A stretch of 60,607 bases of DNA, filler included, from Candidatus Aminicenantales bacterium (GTDB taxonomy: Bacteria; Acidobacteriota; Aminicenantia; Aminicenantales; Saccharicenantaceae), in assembly GCA_049512315.1 (NCBI GenBank). It is 8 parts of 8 records of this genome, joined end to end, with 100 filler letters (N's around TTAATTAATTAA, not from the genome) between each part and the next. Parts side by side here need not be neighbours in the genome. Positions count along the whole stretch, not along the records: positions 18,336 to 27,193 come from JBEKXF010000062.1; positions 27,294 to 36,124 come from JBEKXF010000063.1; 6 more parts are not named here. One strand, written 5' to 3'. Shown here in pieces: positions 19,733 through 30,145 of this stretch; the stretch's first letter is position 1, and each line of letters begins with the position of its first letter. The translations under genes and the position numbers were made by a program. The notes under the pieces were generated by a model that saw nothing but the letters and a program-made list of their open reading frames with translations, was not told the origin of the DNA and made no database searches.

Positions 19733-20293
19733 ATGTGGCCGTTTAAGAAAAGCGCGGATTCACCCGAACTCAACAAAGACGAGCCGGAGTTGTCCGTATT
19801 GCCAACAGACGCATCTATGTTGCCAGGCTTCAAGAAGGACTCCGAGGGGAGGATCTCCGTCGAGTTCACGGAAGAAGAAAAATATGAAATAGATAAATGC
19901 CTAAAGCAATTATCGAAGCCGGGTGGAGTTTATATCCACCCAGAAGTCTACAACGGAATGGTTGCTCATGCCCTCTCGGACTATTCACAAAAACAATTCA
20001 GTTGGGTGACGACGATGCTCAGCGCAGGTGAAGAAGTAGATAAAGAGGGAGCCGCAAATCTTGCTATCAACGCGATTATGAAAGCCTACGCGATTTACCC
20101 ATTGCCGATTTTTCTTTTTCATCTTGCTGAGTATTTTGAGTTGATCGGAAAACGGCGAGCCGCAAAAGAGGTCTTTAGGTTCTTCCTGAGCAAGGAGACA
20201 GAGTACGTACCTACCCCCCTATCTGAGATGCTTCTAAGAGCGGAGTTGATAAGTCCAGCTGAGGCCATTGATAGGGCGAGACGGGAGTTATAG
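19733..20293 (+). CDS. Hypothetical protein (helical, TPR-like C-terminus)
   Basis: GGGAGG RBS before ATG; MWPFKK N-terminus. Confidence 0.7.
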   Translation: MWPFKKSADSPELNKDEPELSVLPTDASMLPGFKKDSEGRISVEFTEEEKYEIDKCLKQLSKPGGVYIHPEVYNGMVAHALSDYSQKQFSWVTTMLSAGEEVDKEGAANLAINAIMKAYAIYPLPIFLFHLAEYFELIGKRRAAKEVFRFFLSKETEYVPTPLSEMLLRAELISPAEAIDRARREL

Positions 20294-20443
20294 CGGACCT
20301 ATGGGAGAGGCGCTGAGGGGAGCCAGAGGCCCCAGAGGGCATGGCCCCCGAATGATCAATAGGACGCCGGTAAAGGCGGATGATCGTGCATTCTAAAGGA
20401 TAGACGACCAGACGCGGGGGAAATTCTCATTGGGAGGAATAAC

Positions 20444-21475
20444 ATGACCATTGAAGAACGCTTGGAGAACATGGAACGAGAGCTGGGGCATGTCAAGCGG
20501 CGCAACCGCTGGTTGTTGGGTGCAGTCCTACTTGTCGCTGGGGGGCTGGTCGTCCCCACAGTTTTGGAAATGACGGCCCTCCGGGCAGGGGCACGAGTGA
20601 CTGGAACGGCCAAGGAAATCCGGGCCAATATTTTCGTCCTTGAGGACGAAAGCGGCAAGGTTCGCGCCGAGCTGATCGCGGACAAAGATGGCCCGCGGCT
20701 CTCGATGTTTGACGAAGGTAGGTTGCCTCGTGCCAACTTGGTCGTTTCCAAAGATGGTCCGGGTTTTTCGCTGGTCGGTGAAAATGGCAAGTTTGGTGCC
20801 GCTCTGGTCGTGCGTAACGGTGGCCCGGTGTTGATTATGGCAGACAAAAATGGTAAGCCTCGCGCCAGCGTGGCCGTGTCCAAAGATGGTCCGGGGCTTT
20901 CGCTGTTTGACGAAAATGGCAAGTTACGCGCCGACCTGGTCGCGCGAAATGATGGTCCGGGTCTGATTATGAACGACGAAAACGGCAAGTTACGTGTCCA
21001 GCTGACCGTGCCTGACGACGTTCCGGGGCTTTCGCTGTTTAAAGAAAATGGCGATGTTCGCGTCCGGCTGGCCGCGGACAAGGATGGCGCGGAGCTTTCG
21101 CTGTTTGACAAGAATGGCAAGTTACGCACCGGCCTGGACGTGCATATCGAGGGCCCGGGTCTGATCATGACCGACGAAAACGGCAAACTTCGTGCCAGCG
21201 TGGCCGTGCTCAAAGATAGTCCGGGGATTTTGCTATTTAAAGAAAACGGCGATGTTCGCGTCCAGCTGGCCGCGGACAAAGATGACGCGGGGCTTTCGCT
21301 GTTTGATAAGAATGGCAAGTTACGCACCGGCCTGGAGGTGCGCAAGGATGGCCCATGTCTGATTATGACTGACGAAAATGGTATTGGCCGCGCTGCATTG
21401 GTCGTGTCCAGGGATAACTTCGGGTTTTCGCTGATTGACAAAAACGGGAAGGTTATATGGAGCGCCATAAAATAG
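20444..21475 (+). CDS. Membrane-anchored beta-repeat protein (about 12 x 22-aa repeats)
   Basis: Short coiled coil, TM helix, then repeats of D-E/K-N-G-K-x-R-x-x-L-x-V-x-x-D-G-P-G-L-x-L/M. Confidence 0.85.
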   Translation: MTIEERLENMERELGHVKRRNRWLLGAVLLVAGGLVVPTVLEMTALRAGARVTGTAKEIRANIFVLEDESGKVRAELIADKDGPRLSMFDEGRLPRANLVVSKDGPGFSLVGENGKFGAALVVRNGGPVLIMADKNGKPRASVAVSKDGPGLSLFDENGKLRADLVARNDGPGLIMNDENGKLRVQLTVPDDVPGLSLFKENGDVRVRLAADKDGAELSLFDKNGKLRTGLDVHIEGPGLIMTDENGKLRASVAVLKDSPGILLFKENGDVRVQLAADKDDAGLSLFDKNGKLRTGLEVRKDGPCLIMTDENGIGRAALVVSRDNFGFSLIDKNGKVIWSAIK

Positions 21476-21592
21476 AGGCAGGCGCCGCTAAGATGAAATC
21501 AATCCTCATTATGAAGGACGTCCGGAGGCGGGCAGGCCTTCTTATGGTGCTAATTAATTGGGAATAAGGGAATCCTCGTTAGTTTCAAAAAG

Positions 21593-22453
21593 ATGTTTAT
21601 TCATTCTGTTTTTATTTCAAGCCTCTGTGTTGCTTCTATTAAGCAAAACCTACAGCGTCAGGTGCGTCTCCGATACCAGCTCCGTAATGAACGCTGGCCC
21701 TGGTCGGACGATACTCTGATGGTGGATTGGGGATGGCACGGAACCTTCATCTCCTCCGTTGCGGCCTGTTTTGCGCCTGAAGCCCAGCTGACGATTTATA
21801 AAGTCCTCGACGCTGACACTCCAAATGATCTTGCTTACCAGCTCCTTCTAGAGTGTTTTCTAGCGGCTGGGATTTTACGTGCTGTCCATGACGAAAATGA
21901 TATCGTCAGCATCAGCGCCTCGGGCCTCACCCTGGACTCCGATTACCCCAGAGAAGCATGCCAGTATGCATACGATCAGAACCGGGCCCTCGTCTCTGGT
22001 GCCCTCTACAGCCGTTGGTTCAAGCAAGGCAACACGCGTAACTTCCCGGCTCAATATAAGACGGTTGTCGCCGTGATGGCCGTCCAGAAAAAGCCTGACG
22101 GCACATATGGATATTGGGATGTCTGCGCCGCCCAGGACACGAATACCGTCGCCGCTCCCAACGATATTTTCGGCGCCCTTCCGACCTACGTGGGAGAAAA
22201 GGACCGGTACATCCCGAGCATCTCGGCCGCAATCGCGGTCGTTTCTTCCCTTCTCGCCCTCGCCGTCTCCGTCTATCCCAGGCGCGGGGACGACCCACCT
22301 GGACAATACGCTCAGTTCCTGATGGATCTTGTCATCAAGACTGCCAGCCCGCAGAGGGTTGGTTTTACCGGATTTTCACCGGAGTGCGGCTATGGGCTTA
22401 TCGACGCAGAAGAAGCCGTCAAAGCTGCCCTAGAGTTAAACTCTAAACGCTAG
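21593..22453 (+). pseudogene. S8 (subtilisin-like) peptidase, apparently 5'-truncated
   Basis: GWHGTFISS His motif, FPA, AAP, PSISAAIAVVSSLLAL and GYGLIDA motifs; no Asp catalytic region or signal peptide; AT-rich N-terminal part looks non-coding. Confidence 0.6.
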
Positions 22454-22567
22454 ATGAGTTCAAGGACTCCATTAGAGTTTGAGGGAGGCTCAATTTCTTG
22501 GAGGTATTTCCGTTATTCTAACATCTCCTATTCTTGTCGGATGGCTCATTTTTGCAAGGAGGGGTGT

Positions 22568-24349
22568 ATGAAAAGTTCGATAACGTCAAGGAGAGCGGCA
22601 ATAATTCTGGCAGCTCTCTTCATCGTGATCGGGGGGAGCGCGTGCCAGTCACACACAAATTACGAAGGTAGAGAAACGGGATTGCAAATCGGCGTTTTGT
22701 ACCCGAAAGAGCTCGGCCCCGGACCCTTCGACGGGCGGATGCTTCTCATGCTCTCCGATAACGACAGCCGGGAGCCGAGGTTTCAGATCAGCTCTCGCAA
22801 CGAGGACGCCCAGCCCATTTTTGGCATTGATGTCGAACGTTTAAAACCCGGCGAGGAGGCGATTTTTGATTCCGGAGTTCTTGGCTTTCCCGTGGATAGC
22901 CTCGGCAAAATCCCTGCCGGCGAGTATGTCATCCAGGCCCTGCTTCATAAGTACGAGACATTCCACCGGGCAGACGGTCACACCCTCAAACTCCCCAAGG
23001 ACCGGGGAGAGGGCCAAATGTGGAGTATCGCTCCCGGAAACCTCCTCAGTACCCCGCGGAAAGTCCGGATCGATCCCCGGAAGGGCGGAATGATCCACAT
23101 CACACTCGACAAGATCATCCCCCCTTTCGCTGAGGAACAAGACACGAAATTCATAAAGCATATCAAGATCCAGAGCCAGCGGTTGACCGAGTTTTGGGGC
23201 TGCCCCATGTTTCTGGGGGCCGTCATCCTTTTGCCTACGGGTTATGAGGAGCATCCGGAAGCCCGCTATCCCCTGATGATTTATCATGGACATTTTTCGA
23301 GCGAGTTCGATGCGCTCGTTGGATTTCGGGAGAAGCCGCCGGCTCCAGAAGAAACATCAGAAAATGCCACTAGACCCGGCGTATGGGGCGAATACTACAG
23401 GGATTACGAAGAATACAGCTACAAATTCTACAAGGATTGGACCGGCCCCGCCTTCCCCCGGATGATCCTCGTGACTATCCAGCACGCCAATCCTTATTTC
23501 GACGATTCCTACGCCGTGAACTCAGCCAACCTTGGGCCCTACGGAGACGCGATCACCTATGAACTCATTCCCTACATCGAACAACATTATAGGGGCATTG
23601 GCCAGGGGTGGGCGCGGACGCTTTACGGCGGGTCTACGGGAGGTTGGGAATCACTGGCCGTCCAAATCTTTTATCCCGACGAGTATAACGGCACCTGGAC
23701 GTTTTGTCCTGACCCGATTGATTTCCGAGCCTATTCGCTTGTCGATATATACACTCAAAAGAATGCTTATTATCGGGACAGCTGCTGGAAGCGTACCCCG
23801 CGACCGGCCTTCCGGAATGAAATCGGCGAGGTTCTTTCGACAAACGAGGAAACAAACCATCTCGAACTCGTGTTGGGAACCCACGGCCGCTCCGGGTATC
23901 AGTATGACATATGGCAAGCCGTCTTCGGTCCCGTAGGCGACGACGGCTATCCGAAGCCCATCTGGGACAAACGGACTGGGGTGATCGATCCCTCCGTTGC
24001 TGCCTACTGGCAAGAACACTACGACCTGCGACACATCCTGGAGCGCAACTGGAAGTCGCTCGGACCAAGACTCAAAGGAAAGATTCATATCTATGTGGGA
24101 GAGATGGACAATTGGTATCTGAACAACGCGGTCTACCTGATGGAGGCCTTTCTCAAAAGCACCAAAGACCCCTATTATGACGGGACAGTGGCATATGGGG
24201 ACCGTCAGCCCCATTGTTGGTGCGGCGGGGCGGGACTTTCGCTCCCGGTTTCGATGTTAACTATTAACCAGCGTTTCGCTCCCGAGATGGCCGCCCACAT
24301 CGTCAAAACGGCCCCTCCGGGCGCGGACGTCGTGAGTTGGCGTTATTAA
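22568..24349 (+). CDS. Secreted alpha/beta-hydrolase (putative esterase), probable lipoprotein
   Basis: AAGGAGG RBS, GSAC lipobox-like motif, nucleophile elbow GGSTGG. Confidence 0.85.
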   Translation: MKSSITSRRAAIILAALFIVIGGSACQSHTNYEGRETGLQIGVLYPKELGPGPFDGRMLLMLSDNDSREPRFQISSRNEDAQPIFGIDVERLKPGEEAIFDSGVLGFPVDSLGKIPAGEYVIQALLHKYETFHRADGHTLKLPKDRGEGQMWSIAPGNLLSTPRKVRIDPRKGGMIHITLDKIIPPFAEEQDTKFIKHIKIQSQRLTEFWGCPMFLGAVILLPTGYEEHPEARYPLMIYHGHFSSEFDALVGFREKPPAPEETSENATRPGVWGEYYRDYEEYSYKFYKDWTGPAFPRMILVTIQHANPYFDDSYAVNSANLGPYGDAITYELIPYIEQHYRGIGQGWARTLYGGSTGGWESLAVQIFYPDEYNGTWTFCPDPIDFRAYSLVDIYTQKNAYYRDSCWKRTPRPAFRNEIGEVLSTNEETNHLELVLGTHGRSGYQYDIWQAVFGPVGDDGYPKPIWDKRTGVIDPSVAAYWQEHYDLRHILERNWKSLGPRLKGKIHIYVGEMDNWYLNNAVYLMEAFLKSTKDPYYDGTVAYGDRQPHCWCGGAGLSLPVSMLTINQRFAPEMAAHIVKTAPPGADVVSWRY

Positions 24350-24460
24350 AAACCATCGGCTTTCCCGCTCGCCTGCCCGAAAGGGGGAGCAATAATGTGG
24401 GTGTACAGGTTCAGCTCCTTGACGTGGCGATATGAAAAAAGGAGGCTTCCTAACCCTGGA

Positions 24461-25402
24461 TTAATGACCCTTATTGATGATCTCGAATAATCTGGACGCC
24501 TCTTTCCCGTTGGTGTTCTCGAGACAAACTAGGATATAGCTCTTCACATTACGGATGCTCACGAATTTCCCGCGGTCATCGAGCATTTGGAAATAGAGAG
24601 GCCCCCTCGATTTGAATTCCCTAGATTTCGGATTGGCCATGATGGCCTTCTCAACGGCAGAAAAACTCCTTCGGGATTCGCCTTCGCCCACATACTTGAG
24701 AATAAAAAGGGACGCACCCGAGGAATACTCGCCCTTGACGGCTTCCTGGAACCGAAATTCTTCTCCGCCTAGAGAAAGATAGTTGTTCATGAAGCCAAGA
24801 TATCCCCGGAAATAACGGATGCTGGTCTTGATAAGATCGGCTTGTGGAAGCTCCGCCACGAGAAAGGGAGGCGCCGAATAATCTCGGATCTTTTTCGATA
24901 CGACGTGCGCAAGACCAAGCAACCCCTGACGGCCTTTCCGATCTTTATCATAACCCGTGATAGTGACGACGAAATTCCCTTTCCAAAAATTCAGGTAGTA
25001 ATCCTCTAATTGACCTTCGGTCCCGGCTGCGATCGGTGTGCCCCGCGCACTTCTCTTAAAGGTATACATGCCGTACGCACCCTCCGGGTTCGTCATCTGA
25101 AAGATCTCGAGCGAGAGCCCCTCCCCTTCGCGATTCTTGTATTCCTGGACAAGGGCTTGCGCAAATCCATACTCCCGGTAGATCTCCGCCCCGCCGTCGA
25201 TGTAGAGATATAGATCTTCTCCCTTGAATTCCTGCGGCGGGCCATCTGCTTTCCACTCTCCCGCTTCCTTTTCGGAAGGAAGATAAGAACGGAGGTCAGA
25301 AATACCGGGTGAGGATTGTTCCAGTGAGAACAGATTGAATGAGATGGAGATGATGATCAGCAGGCAGAACCGGCCAATTACGTTCCTCGTCTCCATGTAC
25401 AT
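24461..25402 (-). CDS. DUF6599-like secreted protein
   Basis: Signal peptide; LYLYIDGGAEIYREYGF motif. Confidence 0.7.
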   Translation of the reverse strand: MYMETRNVIGRFCLLIIISISFNLFSLEQSSPGISDLRSYLPSEKEAGEWKADGPPQEFKGEDLYLYIDGGAEIYREYGFAQALVQEYKNREGEGLSLEIFQMTNPEGAYGMYTFKRSARGTPIAAGTEGQLEDYYLNFWKGNFVVTITGYDKDRKGRQGLLGLAHVVSKKIRDYSAPPFLVAELPQADLIKTSIRYFRGYLGFMNNYLSLGGEEFRFQEAVKGEYSSGASLFILKYVGEGESRRSFSAVEKAIMANPKSREFKSRGPLYFQMLDDRGKFVSIRNVKSYILVCLENTNGKEASRLFEIINKGH

Positions 25403-25407
25403 TTCAT

Positions 25408-26361
25408 TTAAGCGGCGACTTCCTGGATTCTGACTTTCTTGAGGTTGATTTCGCCCAGGCCGTGTTCATGGCCTTTCTTGATCATGAGGATCTCTTCGCC
25501 TTTGAGACCCCGCAACGAGGCGCAGTAGCTGTCAACCGCGATCCGGTCCACGCCCGCCACTATCTTCCGCGGCGTGGCCAGTTCGCCAGGCCCAAAAGGA
25601 CCGTTGGTTGTGATGAATTCCGTTGCGTCAACAATACAAAGGGTGGGCTTGACCGCCAGGTTGAGGTCGGCGATGCACTGGTCGAGACGGTCGATATCAT
25701 CAGGCTTGGTCTTGAAGTCGCCGCTGTGGAACGTCCGGTTGACTTGAGCGAAGTTCAGGGCCATCAGGTTCTTCATGGCACCGGTGAATCTGTTTCCGGC
25801 GTGGTCCTTGGTGATGGGCAGGTTGATGAAGCAATCGTTGTTGAAGAATTCCTTCATGATCTTGGCTTCATGAAGGATCTTGCCTTTGGGCAGGGCAACC
25901 GGTTTGAAAAGGTCTTCGGCCTTGAAATCGATAAGCTTGAGTTCGGCCCCTTCCTCCTTCAGGACGGCATCGAGACCCGTGGCCGTCCACATTTTTTCAG
26001 GGAGCCAGCTCAGGCAATTGACTTCCTTGGCCCCGGCTTTCTTGCACATCCGGACGACGGCCCTGACGATTTCCGGCTTGGTGAACGTTCCGGGGTGATG
26101 GCTCTGGGTGTTGGGCAGAATTGCCACCCGGGCGTTCTTCGGCACAAACCGTTCGATCCCGCCGAGAAGGTCCACGGCTTTCCGCGTGCTCGCCAGGTAG
26201 TCTCCACCCTGAACAACTGCGATATCCGGGTACACCGGATTCAACGAAGGGGAAAGGCCGGCCCCGGAACGAGGCCAAACGAGCCCGCCACCGATGAGCG
26301 CCGCCGCTCCCGTCCCCACGCTTTTTTTGATAAAGTCCCTACGCTTGAGTTTTCCGTTCAT
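25408..26361 (-). CDS. DUF362 domain protein with Tat signal
   Basis: KRRDFIK twin-arginine motif; INLPITKDH, GAMKNLM and DRIAVD motifs. Confidence 0.85.
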   Translation of the reverse strand: MNGKLKRRDFIKKSVGTGAAALIGGGLVWPRSGAGLSPSLNPVYPDIAVVQGGDYLASTRKAVDLLGGIERFVPKNARVAILPNTQSHHPGTFTKPEIVRAVVRMCKKAGAKEVNCLSWLPEKMWTATGLDAVLKEEGAELKLIDFKAEDLFKPVALPKGKILHEAKIMKEFFNNDCFINLPITKDHAGNRFTGAMKNLMALNFAQVNRTFHSGDFKTKPDDIDRLDQCIADLNLAVKPTLCIVDATEFITTNGPFGPGELATPRKIVAGVDRIAVDSYCASLRGLKGEEILMIKKGHEHGLGEINLKKVRIQEVAA

Positions 26362-26470
26362 GATTCCCTCCTGCGGTGGCGTTCGCGAAGGCCGAGGCCT
26401 TTTTCAGCGTTTTCCTTGGAGCAGATTCTTTATCATTGGGGGCGAGCCGTAGCGGCCGGTCAGTTGATCG

Positions 26471-27193
26471 TCAGCGATTCGCTCCCCGCGGATCCAAGGC
26501 CAAATCGACGAGGTCAGCCAAGTCCGCCAAGTGGTTCTTGGTCACCTCATCAGACGCAACGGCCGATTTCTCAAGAAAGAGCCGGCGAAGGGCTTTCAGC
26601 TCCGCCCGGATGGCCGCCCGGCTGTCGTCGTTCCGTATCATGAACGCGGGGCCCGACGCTCCGGGCATCGCAATCCCGCCCTGGGCTCCGGCCTGGGGCG
26701 GCGCCAGCCGGCCGTTCAGGATTTCAATGTAAGCCCTCTGCAGGTTGCGACGATAGGGGTCGATCACGACTTGGGGTCCGCTCAGTTCCGTGAAGATGCC
26801 CGACCGCAAGTCCGCGAGAAGCTCTATGATGGTATAAGCCTGATCGCCGAGGATGGCCGCATGGTCCTGGAGACGGCAGATTCGGTTTTGCCCGAGAAGA
26901 TCGTTCAATATGCCCTGCTGGAGGCTCACGAGCCTGGCCTGGCCGCTCGAGGGTTCGATCTTGCGGACGATGTCCGCGGGCTCGAGCCAGGTGGGCGTCT
27001 TGAAAACGTTCTCGTTGAGGAATCTCACGGCCTCCTGCTGACGGGCCTTGGAGACGGGCTGAAAGCGGACTCCGGGCGCCAGCCCGACCTTGGGCTCGCT
27101 ATCGTAACCGCCGATGATGTTGGCCACGTGCCCGGCTTCGAGGCGCAGCTGGTCCCAGATCGCCGAGTACATGTGGCCGAACTCGTCGTAATT
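26471..27193 (-). CDS. Zinc-dependent metalloprotease (DUF4953/EcxA-like), C-terminal part
   Basis: HVANIIGG, QQEAVRFL…TPTWL and RRNLQRAY motifs; broken at the contig edge. Confidence 0.75.
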   Translation of the reverse strand, partial: NYDEFGHMYSAIWDQLRLEAGHVANIIGGYDSEPKVGLAPGVRFQPVSKARQQEAVRFLNENVFKTPTWLEPADIVRKIEPSSGQARLVSLQQGILNDLLGQNRICRLQDHAAILGDQAYTIIELLADLRSGIFTELSGPQVVIDPYRRNLQRAYIEILNGRLAPPQAGAQGGIAMPGASGPAFMIRNDDSRAAIRAELKALRRLFLEKSAVASDEVTKNHLADLADLVDLALDPRGANR

Positions 27194-27293
27194 NNNNNNN
27201 NNNNNNNNNNNNNNNNNNNNNNNNNNNNNNNNNNNNNTTAATTAATTAANNNNNNNNNNNNNNNNNNNNNNNNNNNNNNNNNNNNNNNNNNNN

Positions 27294-27414
27294 CCGCCTC
27301 CCGGAGCAGGGTGATGATCTGCTCCGGATTAAACCGTTTCCTGGCCATGTCCACCTCCCTCGATCCAGCAGAATCTTAGCACACGGGCTGGATCCCTTTG
27401 AGGGGGGCAGGTCA
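27294..27414 (-). mobile_element. IS3-family (IS407 group) left end with orfA start
   Basis: TGACCTGCCCCCCTCAAAGGGATCCAG… and MARKRFNPEQIITLLREA; identical to 50301-50419. Confidence 0.9.
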
Positions 27415-27421
27415 GAGGATC

Positions 27422-28921
27422 ATGAAGCCCCTATTATCCGCAACCAGTTTTGGTGGAACCGATGCCGATAATGACGACATTTTGCTCCAAGCATTTGAAG
27501 ATCATGAAGCCTTCTTGGATGTGTTAGCTCTTCGTAAACATATGGTCATTGGCAAGAAAGGAAGCGGGAAAACTGCAATTTTTAAGAGAATAGTTACAAC
27601 TAAGGATCCTGAGTTCTTCTCATTCGGCCATACGTTCTTGGATTATCCATGGCATTACCATCAGGCGCAAGCCAGAATAGGAATACCAGATTTCGATAAG
27701 TACACGCACAGCTGGAAGTATCTAATTCTCTTGTCTGGGGCCAAGATTGCACTCAATCAAGACCAGTCGTTGCCATATGACAAAGATACAATGGAAGACC
27801 TGCTCCGAATTGAATCGTTCGTGGTCGATACATATGGGTCAAGAGACCCAGACCTTTCGCAGATCTTCAGCCCCACCAAGCACCTTAAGCTAAAACCCTA
27901 TTTTGAACTCGATTGGAAAATGCTCAAGGCGGGCGTCTCGCCGGAATCCGTGCCGGTGTCCGACCTTCCGACTATTGTTCAGGATGTTAACGCGGCTTTG
28001 ATGCAAACTTTGTTCCGATGCCTTAACCCCGACCACAGGTATTTTATAGCCTTCGACCAACTAGACCTGGGGTTTGATCTCCGAACCGAAGACTACGCCA
28101 ACCGCCTTATCGGTCTCTTATTGGCCAGCCGGGATATCAACCTGGCTGCTAAGGCGGCAGGGAAGGCACTCTTCGCAGTCATTTTCCTTCGTGACGATAT
28201 TTACGATTACCTGCATTTCGAAGACAAGAATAAGATGACAGAGAACTATGTCTCCGCAATTGAATGGGACACCCCCAGGACTTCGAAAACGCTAAAGGGT
28301 TTGATGGAACGTCGGTTCTCTATCGTATTGGGCGAAAGCCCCAGCGAATCCGTTACGTGGGGTATGGTATTTCACGAGGAACGGGAGATGCCGGGCCATC
28401 AATCAAAGTACGAGCATATGGTTGATCGGACATATCTGAGACCTCGGGACATGATCAAGTTCACTAACTGCGCCCTATCCAAGTATAGAGAACGTTCGGA
28501 GAAACCCCAAACGGGGCAGGATCGAGCAGATAAGATGGATAATGTCGATATCCACAATGCGCGCATCGAATACAGCGAGTACTTCTTGCGGGAGATTGAT
28601 GACGAGGTCCACCGACACCTCCCCGAGTATGACAGGTATCTTGATGTACTTAGGGTAATCGGAAAATGGCAGTTTGAGCGATCTGAATTCGATGAGGCAT
28701 ACGAATCTCATACCCCAGATGACAAGGTCGGTCCCCTCGAAGCGCTAGAGAAGCTCTACGATTTTTCCTTTGTGGGATTCTATCGGGCAGGTGGTCGAGG
28801 ATATGGGGGGTCCGAGTATATATTCAAGTATAGGGAGGGGAAGATCAGATTTGATCCAACGGCGGCGAGATTCAGAATACATCCAGGCCTGATAGAGTGT
28901 CTGGGATTGAAGAGAATCTGA
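27422..28921 (+). CDS. P-loop ATPase (Sll1717-like family)
   Basis: Walker A GKKGSGKT, Walker B FIAFDQLD, IFLRDDIY and RPRDMI motifs. Confidence 0.85.
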   Translation: MKPLLSATSFGGTDADNDDILLQAFEDHEAFLDVLALRKHMVIGKKGSGKTAIFKRIVTTKDPEFFSFGHTFLDYPWHYHQAQARIGIPDFDKYTHSWKYLILLSGAKIALNQDQSLPYDKDTMEDLLRIESFVVDTYGSRDPDLSQIFSPTKHLKLKPYFELDWKMLKAGVSPESVPVSDLPTIVQDVNAALMQTLFRCLNPDHRYFIAFDQLDLGFDLRTEDYANRLIGLLLASRDINLAAKAAGKALFAVIFLRDDIYDYLHFEDKNKMTENYVSAIEWDTPRTSKTLKGLMERRFSIVLGESPSESVTWGMVFHEEREMPGHQSKYEHMVDRTYLRPRDMIKFTNCALSKYRERSEKPQTGQDRADKMDNVDIHNARIEYSEYFLREIDDEVHRHLPEYDRYLDVLRVIGKWQFERSEFDEAYESHTPDDKVGPLEALEKLYDFSFVGFYRAGGRGYGGSEYIFKYREGKIRFDPTAARFRIHPGLIECLGLKRI

Positions 28922-29155
28922 TCACTATCAAAAAGGCCCAATTTGACTTGAGGGGCCAGAGGCCCCACGAGAGGACATGGCCCCGATGATCAAATAGACG
29001 CCGGTGAAGGCGGAGATCGTGCCTCGTTGGGAGAGATGGGTTGTGGGTGGGGCGTGGACGTCTCATTCGGGGTGGGACCTCGATTGACAAGCCATACTGA
29101 TCTTGCTTATCATTACGTCCAGTCAGTTGACAACTAGGTTGCTTTAGGGGAAGCA

Positions 29156-29830
29156 TTGCCCACTATAATTTCCCAGATTGACCGCGAAGAAGCGCGATTG
29201 ACGGCAAGCCTTCCCGCTCCAGTACTTCCCACGGTTTGTCTGTACTTCGAAGGCCTGCGAAGCAAGTTTAAGGAGGCTGATTACGCTCTAAGGAGAATCA
29301 AGGATCTGGGCGTAATTAATGTTCAATTCATGACTAGTTCAGAACAGGTTTATTATTTAACTGAGGATAAACTTCGCTTTTATGTTGATGCTTTTTTTGC
29401 GTTCAGTTATTCCGCACTGGACGTCATGTCACAAATTATTAACCAAAAATTCAATTTCTTTGCCGATGAAAAAGATGTCAAGTTTAAACAGGTCGTAGGG
29501 ACTCTGGCAACCAGCACTCAAAATGGCACCACTCTTCAACAACTTTGTGCGGGATTTCGCAGCACGCCAGAATTTACTGATCTGGAAGCCTATCGAAATT
29601 GTTCGACTCATCGTAGACACATTTATATATCACTCTATCAGGGACCTCGTGAGCACGGATCACGAGCATACCCGACTACTACGACGATCCCTACAGGATA
29701 CTGGCTGATTTGGGACGACCCAAACGTTTTGAATCCCACAACCAGAAAGCGAAGAAAACTAATCAGCTATTGTGATAAGACACATAAGCTGGTAAGGCGA
29801 AAAGTTTTGGAAATTCTTAGGTCACTATAG
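29156..29830 (+). CDS. HEPN-like (Cthe_2314-like) protein
   Basis: FYVDAFFAFSYSALD helix and YRNCSTH R-x4-H motif; low GC; TTG start. Confidence 0.7.
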   Translation: MPTIISQIDREEARLTASLPAPVLPTVCLYFEGLRSKFKEADYALRRIKDLGVINVQFMTSSEQVYYLTEDKLRFYVDAFFAFSYSALDVMSQIINQKFNFFADEKDVKFKQVVGTLATSTQNGTTLQQLCAGFRSTPEFTDLEAYRNCSTHRRHIYISLYQGPREHGSRAYPTTTTIPTGYWLIWDDPNVLNPTTRKRRKLISYCDKTHKLVRRKVLEILRSL

Positions 29831-29833
29831 GAG

Positions 29834-30145
29834 ATGACAATGAAAAGACCAAGTGCCAATAAAGAAACCGAGAACAAGCCCCTCCAAATCACACGAGTGA
29901 TAACTCTTCCAGAGACCGCAAAGGGAGCGTATGCAAACCTCGCCGTAATAAGACATACTCCACGAGAGTTCCTTTTTGACTTTATCCTGAAAATCGATGA
30001 GGAAGCGCAACTCGTATCAAGGGTAATTATGAGCCCCCCACATGCTCATGCCTTCCTTGAGGCATTTGGAAAAAACCTGCAAGTCTATGACTCAACATAT
30101 GAAAAAGAGAAAAAGGGCCATAAAACAGGTCAAGCCGCAAGCTAG
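29834..30145 (+). CDS. DUF3467 domain protein
   Basis: GAYANLAVIRHTPREFLFDF…SRVIMSPPHA motif. Confidence 0.8.
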   Translation: MTMKRPSANKETENKPLQITRVITLPETAKGAYANLAVIRHTPREFLFDFILKIDEEAQLVSRVIMSPPHAHAFLEAFGKNLQVYDSTYEKEKKGHKTGQAAS

